A stretch of 64,000 nt of DNA, from positions 64,001 through 128,000 of IMG/VR virus record IMGVR_UViG_3300049929_000026. One strand, written 5' to 3'. Under the pieces are notes generated by a model that saw only the letters and a list, made by a program, of their open reading frames with translations, did not search any database and was not told the DNA's origin. This stretch comes from a virus. Shown one piece after another: positions 1 through 10,299 of this stretch (the stretch's first letter is position 1; the number at the start of each line of letters is the position of its first letter). Position numbers and translations under genes: made by a program.

Positions 1-1134
1 CATGATGTCGGCAATGATGTCGGCCGGATCGCGGAGTTTGGTATTCGTCTTGTCGGTGAAAACGTCGAGGCCTGGTTTACCCTTCTTAGTGCGCCCATCC
101 TTGATCAGATCGTCAGTGAATCGCATCACCGAAGTCGCCGCTTCTGCGGCGTCGGTCGCGCCGCCCTTTTTGACGGCCAACTGAGTGAGCGCGCCCATCA
201 TCTTCAGCGAGCTGCCGCTGTCGCCGCCGAAGCGGCGGGAAGCAGCCGCGAGCTTCGGAAGCTCCGCCGCAAAGTCGCGCATTTCTACAGAACCGATGTT
301 GCCCTGCACCGCCAGGGTCTCCATCACATCCTTCAGAATTTTTAGCCGTTCGATCGGGTCTTTGGTTCCCTGCGCGATCGAGTTGTAGGCGCTTCCGGCA
401 GCATTGCCGACTTCTGTGATATCCGAGCTCGTAGCGAGGCTGACCTTGCCGATCATCTGCCAGGCGTCCACACCTGCTTTCAGGTCGCCACTCTTCTGAA
501 CGAACTGGTCTAATGCGCTCAGCGCTTCTTCGCCGGTGAAGCCGGCAAGCCCTTGCGCCTGCGTGGCAAGCTGGCCCTTCATGTCCGGCCGTTGCCCCTG
601 ATTGGCTACGCGGCTAGCATAGGCCTGTACCTGCATCTGGTCGTGCAGCGCCGAGCCGATCGCTAGACCGCCGGCGAGAGTCGCCGCGCCCATGCCGAAC
701 CGCGCCATCCCGCCGATTGAACCCGACACCGTTCGTCCGGCTCCATTACCCACCGACTGAATGAGCTTCGAGCGTTCCTTCGCTTCCTTCTCCGCCGCCC
801 TCAGCCGCTTGTTGGCCACGTCCTCATAGGCGCGGACTTCGATCTGCGCGAAGCGACGCACGTTGCGTTCTTTCTCCGCCCACACTCGCTTGTCCTCGCG
901 GATTTGCGCTAGCGATGATGCCTTCGCTGCGCGCTCCGCGTCCTTCGTCGCTGAACTGACAGCACCGCCTGCACCGAGTGCGCGCGGGCGTCCTCCTCCG
1001 GCGCCTCCAGATCCCGTGCCCCGGATGGCCGAAGTCATCCGTTTGTTCGAGGAAAGAATCTCCTGCTCGACGCCACGGATCACCGCACGGATCTGCTGCT
1101 GGCCTACTGCGGTGATATCGTATCGAAGTTCCAC
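1..1134 (-). CDS. tail tape measure protein (N-terminal part, runs off window)
   Basis: Not in the ORF track. GTG at 1134 reads MELRYDITAVGQQQIRAV and the same frame reads ...ADIIADIM at position 1. Ala/Gly-rich helical sequence, directly after the tail tube and chaperone genes. Confidence 0.75.
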   Translation of the reverse strand, partial: MELRYDITAVGQQQIRAVIRGVEQEILSSNKRMTSAIRGTGSGGAGGGRPRALGAGGAVSSATKDAERAAKASSLAQIREDKRVWAEKERNVRRFAQIEVRAYEDVANKRLRAAEKEAKERSKLIQSVGNGAGRTVSGSIGGMARFGMGAATLAGGLAIGSALHDQMQVQAYASRVANQGQRPDMKGQLATQAQGLAGFTGEEALSALDQFVQKSGDLKAGVDAWQMIGKVSLATSSDITEVGNAAGSAYNSIAQGTKDPIERLKILKDVMETLAVQGNIGSVEMRDFAAELPKLAAASRRFGGDSGSSLKMMGALTQLAVKKGGATDAAEAATSVMRFTDDLIKDGRTKKGKPGLDVFTDKTNTKLRDPADIIADIM

Positions 1135-1140
1135 TGGGCT

Positions 1141-1953
1141 CTATTTCTTCGGTTTCGTTACCCTACTGACGCGCTGTCGTGCTTCGTCTCGCGTTAGGAT
1201 TGCGCCAGCCTCAATCGGCATAGCGTCATCTACCGAAGATGCGGAGGGCCGCGGAGAGGAGACGCCAATGAGCGAGGTAGAGCTCGGTTGGGCGGATGCC
1301 GAGATATCGGCCGAGATCAACAGCGGACGTCCCAGCTCTAAGCGGAGAGCTGCGTTTTGCTTCGCTAGATGAAAGATCTGCCCTGGCCAGTGAAGCGAGT
1401 CCAATCGCGACAGCCAAAAAGGGCCTCTGAGCTCATCACTCAGCCTCGCAGTCCAGGTGTCGGAGTCATGTTCGTCGAGCGTCTCGAGCGCGCCGTATTC
1501 GCTCTTGACGATCTGGTAGCAGTTCAACAGCACCGACATCTCAACTTCGTTGAAGGAGGCGCGGAGCTGTCGCGAATCAGTGAACAGCGGCGGGTAGTAC
1601 TCGGTACCGTCCGGCCGCGTGTGTTTGTCGATATGACAGAGCGCTAGCGTCAGAACCTCGACAGCTTGTGCCTCGCGGTAGATGTCGCCGTAGCCTTCGA
1701 GCTCGCCGCCATGCTTCGCATATGCCTGGGAGGCGCGGATCGCGTTGTGATTCTCCTCGATGCGCAGCACGCGCAGTCGGATCTTCGTGATCGTCCGTTC
1801 GCCGCTCGGTTGCACCTTCACGAAGTCGAAGACCTTCGTCGGCGCACCATCCAGCAGCGATCGGAGCAGCTCCGACGCTGGAATTTCCCTCATATCACCC
1901 TCAAAACGGCGAAAGCCTCCGCTCCCCACACGGGAGATCGGAGGCTTGGTCAA
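1141..1953 (-). CDS. putative tail assembly chaperone
   Basis: Lies between tail tube and tape measure; assignment by synteny only. Confidence 0.5.
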   Translation of the reverse strand: MTKPPISRVGSGGFRRFEGDMREIPASELLRSLLDGAPTKVFDFVKVQPSGERTITKIRLRVLRIEENHNAIRASQAYAKHGGELEGYGDIYREAQAVEVLTLALCHIDKHTRPDGTEYYPPLFTDSRQLRASFNEVEMSVLLNCYQIVKSEYGALETLDEHDSDTWTARLSDELRGPFWLSRLDSLHWPGQIFHLAKQNAALRLELGRPLLISADISASAQPSSTSLIGVSSPRPSASSVDDAMPIEAGAILTRDEARQRVSRVTKPKK

Positions 1954-2025
1954 AATCAGTTCGCAACCCGGTCCGCCTCAAAACGCGGGCTGCTCACAGT
2001 CAGCGGAACTAGCCCGCCGCTTAGG

Positions 2026-2388
2026 TCATTTCGGTTTCGAGAATTCGCCGATCCAATCGAACTTGAACTCGGTGGACTGGTTCGTCGACTGACCGATGTC
2101 AGCGGTTTGAAACCAGCCGTTGCCGATGTACGACTTGACGCCGAATGGTACCTGCATCGAGTGGTAGGAGCCCTCTTGGCAGGCGGTGAAGAAGTCGAAC
2201 TCGGGGCCGCCAAGCGGGACGGCGCAGGTGCCAGTGATCTTGCACTGACCAGAACCTGGCGTCTTGCCCGCGAGGCCTTCGAGGGTGTCGACGACTTGGG
2301 CTTGCGAGTCTAACGCAACTTGGATCGATGACGGCTTCACTTGGAAGACGCCGTCGATCAAGAGCTTCAAACGGAGATGGTCGCTCAA
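2026..2388 (-). CDS. tail tube protein
   Basis: 120 aa, beta-rich, directly downstream of the sheath gene. Confidence 0.65.
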   Translation of the reverse strand: MSDHLRLKLLIDGVFQVKPSSIQVALDSQAQVVDTLEGLAGKTPGSGQCKITGTCAVPLGGPEFDFFTACQEGSYHSMQVPFGVKSYIGNGWFQTADIGQSTNQSTEFKFDWIGEFSKPK

Positions 2389-2470
2389 TTGCGGAATGGG
2401 CGTGCGCTTTCGTTATGCCGCCTTGGCGACAATGAATGGCTAGGACGCAGGTAGACGGCGAGCGGCGCGC

Positions 2471-4033
2471 TCAACCGGGTGTGGTTTCACTCAGCTGAAT
2501 TCCGGTCTGATGCCGGATGTCGATCGTCCTGCCGCTGGCAGTGACGACGAGTCGACTGATGTTGTTCGGATCGATCGAGCAGATGAGCGAGTTGAGCCAC
2601 GTTGGCGCGCCCTGGATCTCGCCGTTGTCCGCGGCCTCTTGGATCTGTGCAGCCGCAAATGGCTTGTAGAGCGACGGCGTCAGTGTGAATGGGGCCACCC
2701 GCTGATTGAAATTGATCGAGCCGTCCGGCATCAGCTGATCGGGCTGCAGCTTGAAACCGACGCCATACTGGACAGCGTCCCGAATCAGCCAGCGGTCGCC
2801 CACTGCGTCGAGGAAGCTGATCCGGTGCGTCTCGGTGGCGCGGAAGTCCGAGATCGTTCCGCCGGAGTCACGTGAGCGCGTAGTGACCGACATCACCATG
2901 AACGAGCCGTATTGGTCGGACGCGACCTCAATCACTCCGTCGGTGACAGCCTGATTGATTTGCGTCGATGTTGGCCAGTCCGCGTTGGAGAACGCCGCCG
3001 GGCACATCCAGTCCTTGCCGCGGTAATTGTCAGGAACGAAGTCGCCCGTCCCTGCTTCCTGGCTCTGATGGATCGCGATGGCGTTGCCGACTAGGTCGGC
3101 CATGTCCCATTCGCCGTTCGTCTGATGGACGATGTGTTGCCGCTCGAAGTTGACCGCGATGCTCAGCGCCGAGACAGCCGAGCCGGTCCCCGTATATGCC
3201 GTGAATGCGCGGCAGCGAAGCCCGGGGTTCGCCTGGCTCTTGGCGCTGACGTGTGTCGCGATGACAGCAAGTGCCGCCGCGGTCCACATCGTGAAACCGT
3301 TGTAGTAGTAGCGAGTATTCGTGAGCGTCGCGAGCGCGGCCGTCATGTTGACCAGCTCGGTCGTGGTGCCATCGACGCCAACCGTGCCGGTGCCCAACCC
3401 CAGTGCCGCACCAGACGAAGTGGAGATGACGTTCTTGCCAGCGTCCGCAATGGTGCGCACACGAATCACGCCTACTGTGCCGTCACCCTGAGATGCGCCC
3501 GCGATCTTAGCCGTGATGGTCACGACTCCAATAGAGCTCGTGGCGGTGACCGGAAGCCAGACCTTCGCGTTGATGCCCAGCACGATGTTTGCGGCGATCG
3601 TCGTCGCCGTGTCAGCGGTGTTGAAGCCCGTGGTGATGACTTCGCCCGCGACGTAGGTCGTAACCTGGCCGGTCGCTGTCGGGTTCGACCCGGAGGTGAA
3701 TGTGATCGTGATCGTGCCAGCCGCCGAGACTGGGCTGCCGCCAGAACTCGCCGCGTAGCAAATACCGATGAGCGTGCCAAGCGTGCTCGCCAGCAGGTGC
3801 CTGCGTAACGCGCGGTGCACCGGGGAACCAACGCCGAACAGCGTGATCGCGTCTGCTTCGCTCGTGATCGGGTACGCCTGATTGACGTTCGCGGTGCCCG
3901 CCGTCGTCTTGGGGCCCATGTACATCGCAGAGCGCGGCCCAGCTGGGGCATTGCTCGGCCCTTGGCCAAAGAGCAATTGCATGGCAGTGAAGGGCGCGCG
4001 GTAGCTGCTCGGATAGCCGACGAAATTGGTCAT
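2471..4033 (-). CDS. contractile tail sheath protein (Mu gpL-like)
   Basis: 520 aa with sheath-like segments ITSEADAITLFGVGS, ADTATTIAANIVLGIN, VVTITAK and CSIDPNNISRL. Confidence 0.85.
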   Translation of the reverse strand: MTNFVGYPSSYRAPFTAMQLLFGQGPSNAPAGPRSAMYMGPKTTAGTANVNQAYPITSEADAITLFGVGSPVHRALRRHLLASTLGTLIGICYAASSGGSPVSAAGTITITFTSGSNPTATGQVTTYVAGEVITTGFNTADTATTIAANIVLGINAKVWLPVTATSSIGVVTITAKIAGASQGDGTVGVIRVRTIADAGKNVISTSSGAALGLGTGTVGVDGTTTELVNMTAALATLTNTRYYYNGFTMWTAAALAVIATHVSAKSQANPGLRCRAFTAYTGTGSAVSALSIAVNFERQHIVHQTNGEWDMADLVGNAIAIHQSQEAGTGDFVPDNYRGKDWMCPAAFSNADWPTSTQINQAVTDGVIEVASDQYGSFMVMSVTTRSRDSGGTISDFRATETHRISFLDAVGDRWLIRDAVQYGVGFKLQPDQLMPDGSINFNQRVAPFTLTPSLYKPFAAAQIQEAADNGEIQGAPTWLNSLICSIDPNNISRLVVTASGRTIDIRHQTGIQLSETTPG

Positions 4034-4038
4034 TCAGA

Positions 4039-4413
4039 TCACTCCGACTTGGTGGGCGACGGCTTCGTCTGCGTCGCGATTGCCGCGATGCTCGGCACGA
4101 ATTCCAGAGCTTGATCGTCGTATTTGACTGCAACGAACGCGCAGCCACACGCGGTCGCGGTCTCCGCGTTGGCTGGCCAGAGCCCGCCGCAACGCGCCTC
4201 ATGCATCATGTCGCGGCCCTCGGCGGTCTCCGAGTCGATCTCGAAGCCATCCTTCAGAGCGATGTTTTTGCCCATGACGCGAGTGGACTGAGCGAGCTTG
4301 TCGTCAGGTTCGAGCACGAACTGGCGGCCCACATAGTTGTGGATTTGCCCGGCCATCTTCGGTCCCGGGAAGTGCACGACGTGCCCGTCTCGGGCGTAGA
4401 ATTTCAATTTCAT
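4039..4413 (-). CDS. hypothetical virion-module protein
   Basis: Clean ORF ending just before the sheath start. Confidence 0.55.
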   Translation of the reverse strand: MKLKFYARDGHVVHFPGPKMAGQIHNYVGRQFVLEPDDKLAQSTRVMGKNIALKDGFEIDSETAEGRDMMHEARCGGLWPANAETATACGCAFVAVKYDDQALEFVPSIAAIATQTKPSPTKSE

Positions 4414-4494
4414 GAATGGTCCCTCGCGTGCGCCGCGCGCCGCTCGAAAGTCCGCATGCGCAAGAAGCGCTCCGACCTGCGGCGGCCGAATGAA

Positions 4495-4947
4495 TCAGAA
4501 GCGCTTGGCGAGGTCCGCCATGCCATGAGCCAGGACTTGGCCGAGTACGCGGCGCGCGGAGTCCGCTGCGTTGTATAGAAACTTGTAGGGGCGAGTGCCC
4601 GGGTGCCAGACACGGCGGCGGAAGACCATCACGCCAGAGCGGCCCATGAAGGCGAGGACGCCGCCGTTCTTGGCTACGATCTCATGCGCCTTCGATCCGG
4701 TATCGATTGCCTTGGCGTAGGGCATCGGATTGACGATGCGCAGGATGCGGCCACCGGCAGTCTTGACGAGCCGGTAGCTCGTCTTGTCCTGCAGCTTGCC
4801 GGTGCGCCGCTTGAACTCGGAATGCTGCTGTACGTAGACCTCAGCGTGTCTGCCTGCGAGGTTCGCAGCGTCGACCAGTAGCCGCTCATTGCCGGCCAGA
4901 AAGTGCTCGTGCCCGCGTCGGATCTCATCGAAGTTCGTGATGATCAT
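4495..4947 (-). CDS. neck/tail completion protein (HK97 gp10-like)
   Basis: RTGKLQ...PYAKAIDTGSKAHEI...VWHPGTRPYKFL pattern typical of this family. Confidence 0.7.
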   Translation of the reverse strand: MIITNFDEIRRGHEHFLAGNERLLVDAANLAGRHAEVYVQQHSEFKRRTGKLQDKTSYRLVKTAGGRILRIVNPMPYAKAIDTGSKAHEIVAKNGGVLAFMGRSGVMVFRRRVWHPGTRPYKFLYNAADSARRVLGQVLAHGMADLAKRF

Positions 4948-4970
4948 CGGCGGCTTGGGGGGAGTAGGAT

Positions 4971-5705
4971 TTAGCCAGGCTGGAGCGGGACAGCGGTATC
5001 GATCGATAGGACTGGCCCGCCGTCGATGGTGGCTGCTTGTCCCGTGTACGGGACGCCTTCATCCGCAATCGAGTCGAGTTCCGTAGTCTGCAGCGTCATG
5101 GTCAGAGCGTGATACTTCGGGCCGCCTGCCGAGATCGCTGCGGCGCCTTGGATATAGCTCGTGATCCCAACGGTCGAGAAGCTGCAGAGACCGACGCCGG
5201 GGCCGAAAACTTGTTTGGCGGTGACGGTGTTCACCGGGCCCGCGGAAGTCGCAAAAGCCTTGTGCCCGCCAGCGCGAATGGTGCCGGCGATAACCTTGCC
5301 AGCGGCAGTGAGCGCATCGCAGAGCTTCAGTTGATCGCCAATCTCGAGCGGGCCGAGGACGTAGTCGATCGTCCACTTGCTCGTGATGCGGTTCTGCCAG
5401 AGTGTGAATTCGTCCTCGGTTTGTGGGTCCGTAGACCGAGAAACCGCGAGCATTGGGAACGTCGCGCCGCGTTGGCGCATCGTATCCAGGTCGTCGAGAG
5501 CGGGGAGCACGCTTGCCACCGGAACCGCCAGGTCGGTGCCTGCCGAGGCCACCGTCCAGGCCGGCGTCAGCTCGTAGGTTATTGCGGCGGAGAGCAGCGC
5601 CAATAGGATATCGCGTGCCGGGTCAAGCGCGGTGAGATCCCCGCTGACGCCGACGGGAATAGGGAACGAGAGCGCGCCCCATGTATTGTCGAGCGACGTA
5701 CTCAT
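4971..5705 (-). CDS. putative tail terminator/completion protein
   Basis: Synteny within the neck module. Confidence 0.45.
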   Translation of the reverse strand: MSTSLDNTWGALSFPIPVGVSGDLTALDPARDILLALLSAAITYELTPAWTVASAGTDLAVPVASVLPALDDLDTMRQRGATFPMLAVSRSTDPQTEDEFTLWQNRITSKWTIDYVLGPLEIGDQLKLCDALTAAGKVIAGTIRAGGHKAFATSAGPVNTVTAKQVFGPGVGLCSFSTVGITSYIQGAAAISAGGPKYHALTMTLQTTELDSIADEGVPYTGQAATIDGGPVLSIDTAVPLQPG

Positions 5706-6151
5706 GTGGCTTCAGCGACTGGAGAGATGACCAACGTCTCGTGCAGAGCGTGGTCAGCGTTCCAGGACTTGACCAGGAACAGCGCGCCCGGGTCGGGTAG
5801 GTCCGGACCGATGATCTTGATGTGCAGCGTCTGCCCGGTTGAGACTTCGGCTTTCGCCGCCGCCCATGGGTTTCCGCCGCCAGCGAATGGCGCCGTGATG
5901 GGTCCGATCTTCATCGAACCTTTACCGAGTCCGCTCAGGGCGAGCTCCTCGGTGTTCATCACGCGGATCTTCGGAGATTGCCCGTTGGCCTCGAGGATAG
6001 GGATCAGGTCCTGCGCGCGCGCGCCGCGTCCGGTGTTGTCACCGTTCCACGTGCCAATAACGATCCAAGCTTGATACGGGCGCAGACCCATCTGTCCTGG
6101 AATTGCTCTGGCTGCAAAACAGATGGCCTTGAAGCCGTCGGCGGCGCTCAT
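5702..6151 (-). CDS. putative head-closure protein
   Basis: Synteny; 4-nt overlap with the next gene. Confidence 0.45.
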   Translation of the reverse strand: MSAADGFKAICFAARAIPGQMGLRPYQAWIVIGTWNGDNTGRGARAQDLIPILEANGQSPKIRVMNTEELALSGLGKGSMKIGPITAPFAGGGNPWAAAKAEVSTGQTLHIKIIGPDLPDPGALFLVKSWNADHALHETLVISPVAEAT

Positions 6152-6157
6152 GGCGAC

Positions 6158-6568
6158 CTATCCCATCCTGAGGCTGAAGCTGTTCGAGCGCGTTCCGCTA
6201 CCGAAGTAGTCAGATTGGATCATGTCGCCTTCGCGATCTCCAAGCGCTACCGCTAGCCGTTTGATGAGCATCCTGCCACGCTGGACGGCGCCTGGCGCGA
6301 TGTAGCCAGCGGACTCGGTCGCATTGTAAAACTGCACCTCATCGACCTGTTTGAGCATTCCGGTCGCCGCGGCTGAGCTACCGGCTGATGCCAATACGGA
6401 GTCAATCGTCGCCAACTCAGTGAGGATGCCTTCGACCTTTGCCTGCTCGCTCGGTGACACGCCGACCTTGTCCATCATGGACTCGAGCGGCGTGTTGTAC
6501 TGGTAGTACCCGAGTGCGTATCCGAGATAGCCCCGGATATCGTTCTTCTGTGCGTCGGTGAAGGCCAT
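6158..6568 (-). CDS. putative head-tail adaptor
   Basis: MAFTDAQKNDIRGYLGY N-terminus, helical, downstream of the capsid genes. Confidence 0.55.
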   Translation of the reverse strand: MAFTDAQKNDIRGYLGYALGYYQYNTPLESMMDKVGVSPSEQAKVEGILTELATIDSVLASAGSSAAATGMLKQVDEVQFYNATESAGYIAPGAVQRGRMLIKRLAVALGDREGDMIQSDYFGSGTRSNSFSLRMG

Positions 6569-6578
6569 TCAGCCTCTC

Positions 6579-7175
6579 TCAGCTCGCGGGTTCTGCGCTC
6601 GCCTTGGGTTGGTCAGGCTTCGCTTTCGGCTGGTCTGGCTTCGCCTTGGGATCTTCCGCCTTGGGCTTCGGCTTCTCGTTTTTGGCGTTCTCGAGCAGCG
6701 CTTCTGCGAGCAAGGCATCCGAGCGGATGGCCCGCTCCTCGTGACCGGCCGCCTGCTTGCCGGCCTCTTCGAGCAACGCCTCGATAACTGCCTTTTCGGC
6801 AATCGCTCGAGTGAGTTGGTCTTTGAGGGCGGCTGCCGCCGCCATGCTCTCTCGAAGCTGAACGCGCACAGCGTCCAGCTCGAGGCGCACAGCGTCGAGC
6901 GTCAGCTTCGCGGCCTGCTCCGCTGCTTTGGCTTCGCTCGCCGCATTTCGCAACGCATGGAGCGGAGCGTCACGGTTGGCGTTCTGCTCGTCGGCAATCC
7001 GCACTTGCGCGCGGAGTTCCGGCAAGACAGCGACGCTATCGAGCGGCACGCCTCGGGACTTGATCGCCGCCACGAGCTCGTCCGGGACATCCACTGGACC
7101 CCACGGCTCGCACTCATAGCGGATCTCGCCCATCGACCAGGACAGGGCTTTCTTGCTCTGGTTGTAGAGGCGCAT
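6579..7175 (-). CDS. coiled-coil hypothetical protein
   Basis: Ala/Glu-rich helix with a KAKPDQP-repeat tail. Confidence 0.55.
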   Translation of the reverse strand: MRLYNQSKKALSWSMGEIRYECEPWGPVDVPDELVAAIKSRGVPLDSVAVLPELRAQVRIADEQNANRDAPLHALRNAASEAKAAEQAAKLTLDAVRLELDAVRVQLRESMAAAAALKDQLTRAIAEKAVIEALLEEAGKQAAGHEERAIRSDALLAEALLENAKNEKPKPKAEDPKAKPDQPKAKPDQPKASAEPAS

Positions 7176-7705
7176 CAGGCGTCCACGATTTGGATCATTG
7201 CCCCAGTGGGCGCACTGATGATGTGGGCGTTGACGGCCGTCTTCATGGCATTCGCGAGCGCGTTAGCCGTGGTCTGGTCCGTTGCATCGGCGGTCGCGAT
7301 TGTGTTCGTCCCGTCATTGGTCCAATGAACATTGGATGCCGTGTAATGGGTGTTCAGCTTCGCCTTCAGAGCGTTCAGAAGCGCTTCGCAGGTCGTGAGG
7401 TCGATGGCTTTCGCCGTCGCATCCTTAGCAGTTACCGCAGTCTTGTGGGCATAGCTGTCCTGCCAGTGGATGTTCAGGTAGGTTTGCAGCTGGTTCGCCA
7501 GAACCAACGACGTTGCCAGGTCGGTCGCGTTGGCCGCGGTAATTTGCAGGTTGGTCACGATCGGATTGCGGTAATCCGAGGAGTTCGTGGTCTGCGTGGT
7601 GTCGGAGTGAAAGAAAGAGGCGACAGCCGACTCTTGCTTGAGATTGTGCTGGGTAACGAACGCATTGAGGATCGCGTCCGTTTGCCGGCGTACTCGATAT
7701 GCCAT
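7175..7705 (-). CDS. putative capsid decoration/auxiliary head protein
   Basis: Directly after the capsid gene; three internal ATD(L/Q)xT...LxN repeats. Confidence 0.45.
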   Translation of the reverse strand: MAYRVRRQTDAILNAFVTQHNLKQESAVASFFHSDTTQTTNSSDYRNPIVTNLQITAANATDLATSLVLANQLQTYLNIHWQDSYAHKTAVTAKDATAKAIDLTTCEALLNALKAKLNTHYTASNVHWTNDGTNTIATADATDQTTANALANAMKTAVNAHIISAPTGAMIQIVDA

Positions 7706-7732
7706 CTGTTTTTCCTCGGCTTAGCCTGAAGA

Positions 7733-8737
7733 TCAGGTCTGGATGTTGAGGCGCGCACCGCAGGCGTTGGGCTTGTCGACAACGAGTTGCACGCTGCAGA
7801 GCGACTCGCCTTTGCTCGACGGTCCGGTCTTCGCCAGAGGCTCGAAGCACATATCGAGCGGAACGGAGCCGTAGCCGTCGTCCGGCGAGGTGGCGTCCAA
7901 GATTTCTTGGGGCACACGCGCGTCCGGCAGCGTCTCGATGTGGACGTGGTTCGAGTTCAGGTAGTACAGCGAGTTGGCCGTCGCGTCCTTGGACTTGACG
8001 AACATGCAGCCGTCGATTTCGAGGCCTTCGAAGCCGGCGTCCAGCGTGATCTTGCCGCGCGCCGTGTTGACCACCGTCCAACGACGGTTCGGGTCGAACA
8101 AGTTGGCTATCGCGTTGAACACGTCCGTCGAGCAGATACCGAGATCCGGCTGCTCACCGCACTGGTTGTAGATCTTGCCCAAGTCGCTGCGGATGAGCGC
8201 GAAGCTCGGCGAAGTCAGCGTGCCGGGGTCAACGACCGTCGGCTTCCAGAACGTCTTCGACGTGCGCAAGAGACCGGCGTAGGTGTTGGTGTCCTGAGCC
8301 ACGGCTACATCGAGACCCGCGATCAGGGTGCCAGTGCCAGCGCCACTGAACATGTCCTTTTCGACCAGCGCAGCGAGAGCGGCAGCCGAGTTGACGATGT
8401 TGCGCGCCCAAAGAGCTTGGTTGCCCATCGGGGTGGACGTCGATCGTGCTGCGTCCATCGAGAGCTTGGAAACGTGGATCGGGGCGCGGTAGAGACCCCA
8501 CGACAGCGTGGCCGGGTCCTGAGCGTCCGAACCGAAGTTCGCGGTGTCTGCGCCTTCTGAATAGTTCTCCGCGACCTGGCCGCCGGACTCAGCAACCCAT
8601 GCCACGTTCTTGCCAGAACCGCGGATGATCGGCAGCAGCTTGAGCAGCACAACGCGACGGTTGATCTGTCGAACGATGTCACCCCGGTATTCCTGGGCGA
8701 GCGTGATGAGGGAAAGAATTTGCGGGGTATCAGACAT
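7733..8737 (-). CDS. major capsid protein (HK97 fold)
   Basis: 334 aa; E-loop-like YSEGAD, A-domain PDLGICST and GFEGLEIDGCMFV; follows the scaffold gene. Confidence 0.85.
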   Translation of the reverse strand: MSDTPQILSLITLAQEYRGDIVRQINRRVVLLKLLPIIRGSGKNVAWVAESGGQVAENYSEGADTANFGSDAQDPATLSWGLYRAPIHVSKLSMDAARSTSTPMGNQALWARNIVNSAAALAALVEKDMFSGAGTGTLIAGLDVAVAQDTNTYAGLLRTSKTFWKPTVVDPGTLTSPSFALIRSDLGKIYNQCGEQPDLGICSTDVFNAIANLFDPNRRWTVVNTARGKITLDAGFEGLEIDGCMFVKSKDATANSLYYLNSNHVHIETLPDARVPQEILDATSPDDGYGSVPLDMCFEPLAKTGPSSKGESLCSVQLVVDKPNACGARLNIQT

Positions 8738-8822
8738 GGTTCAACCTTTCGTTCCCGCGGCGCGCGGGTACGTTCTGTGTTCGGAGTTGGCGCCGCGGTC
8801 ACTTGACAACGCGCGGCAGTGA

Positions 8823-9638
8823 TTAGAGGCCGGGGTACTTGCTAGCGAGTGCAGCTGCGCGCTCGTTTGCGCGCCGAACTTTTTCATCGTCGGTGGTCGC
8901 CGGACCTTCGTAGGTCGGCAGGCCATCGCGTCCCGTCGTGATGTGTCGGCCTGGAGCCCCACCGCCACGTTTCGGGTCACCCACGGGGGCAGGAACGAAG
9001 ATCTTGCCCTGCTCGGTACCCAGCCAATGCTTGAGGCCGTCGGCGAGAGGGAGCTGCAGATCTTCCTCGGGCGCGCCCGGATAGGGAGCCTTGCGCACGG
9101 TCACGAGCAGGTTCCCCTGGTCGTCGAACGTGACTCGCTTGTCTGCGTAGAACAGGATCTTTGCGGCGCTATCGGCCGCGCCCTTGATCACTTGGCCATC
9201 CAGCGCGGATGTCAGTGTTCGGAAGGCTGCGTCATCCCGGGATTTCTGCTCGGCCCTTTCGCGGCCAGAACGCTCTTGCGCATGCTTCTGCTCGAGCTCG
9301 GCGTATTTGGCTTCGAGAGCAGACAGGCGGGGATCCGGCTTTGGCGGCGCCAATGGATCGTGATCCGGTTTCGGCGGAGGAGGCGGGGGCGCGAGCTTCG
9401 CGATCACAGGGCTCAGCGTCTCTTCCCAATTCATCGCCTTCAGCGCGTCAGCAATGCTCGGCTGACGCTTCGAATGGCTCGTGATCGCGGCATTGACGGT
9501 CTTGCCGATCGCGTCCATCTGCTCCGCAGAGAACGCGGTAGCCGGAGGAGTGGGCAGCGCGGCCGGCGGATTGCCTGGCGCGGGAGGATCGTCGTGCTCA
9601 GCGAATAGCTGTGACCGATTGCCGAATAGTAGTGCCAT
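8823..9638 (-). CDS. capsid scaffolding protein
   Basis: Pro-rich plus coiled-coil, G-rich C-terminus, upstream of the capsid gene. Confidence 0.7.
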   Translation of the reverse strand: MALLFGNRSQLFAEHDDPPAPGNPPAALPTPPATAFSAEQMDAIGKTVNAAITSHSKRQPSIADALKAMNWEETLSPVIAKLAPPPPPPKPDHDPLAPPKPDPRLSALEAKYAELEQKHAQERSGRERAEQKSRDDAAFRTLTSALDGQVIKGAADSAAKILFYADKRVTFDDQGNLLVTVRKAPYPGAPEEDLQLPLADGLKHWLGTEQGKIFVPAPVGDPKRGGGAPGRHITTGRDGLPTYEGPATTDDEKVRRANERAAALASKYPGL

Positions 9639-9758
9639 GTGCGTACCTCAGCCCTGACGGGCTGTTCACCGATTAGCGAGTGGTGAACTCGTGCTGGCCG
9701 TTGTCGGGTGGCCGGTATCCCGTGCACGCCGGAATGGCGTGTGAGTTTTGGTTTGGCG

Positions 9759-9986
9759 TCAGTTCGCCGCGATATCGGCGATCAGCGTGGTGACGGCCGT
9801 CGCTGCAGTAGCGTTCGGCGTTCCGCCTGCGTCGACTGGCAAGATTGCCAGAACGAAATCGCGATTCGCAGTGCTCAGCGCACGGCGCGCTGCTTCAGCG
9901 AGGCGCTCGCAGGTCTTCGTGTCCGTAGCGGTCAGCAATGCCAGAACGGCGTTAAGCTGCGACTTCGATGTAGCGGTGAGCGCCAT
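9759..9986 (-). CDS. small hypothetical protein
   Basis: Clean ORF with AGGA-type RBS upstream. Confidence 0.5.
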   Translation of the reverse strand: MALTATSKSQLNAVLALLTATDTKTCERLAEAARRALSTANRDFVLAILPVDAGGTPNATAATAVTTLIADIAAN

Positions 9987-10299
9987 TGACTTGTTTTCCT
10001 ACGGAAGTTTTTGGTGACGAATGCGCCGAAGGCGAGCTAGCCTTTGCTGATGAGAAAACCGAAAGACATGAGTGCCATCGATTGTCTCAATGAACGCCCA
10101 CTGCTGGCTTATGCGATAAGCGGCGCAGGCATTGTAACTGCCAGCGAAGTGCTCAGTCGCGAGTCAGCGCTTGACTGGATCAAGTGTGAGAGAGCGATTG
10201 AGCGCGAGTCAGCGCGCTGTAACTTCCGCAAGCCAAACAAGATGACATTGCTGGCGGTGGAATATCGCGTCGCGAGAGTTCACGTGCTCAAGGCGTGAG

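Noticed and set aside
1141-1953. Programmed frameshift in the tail assembly chaperone
   Set aside because: A single ORF spans the tube-to-tape-measure interval, and I found no convincing slippery site with a downstream frame.
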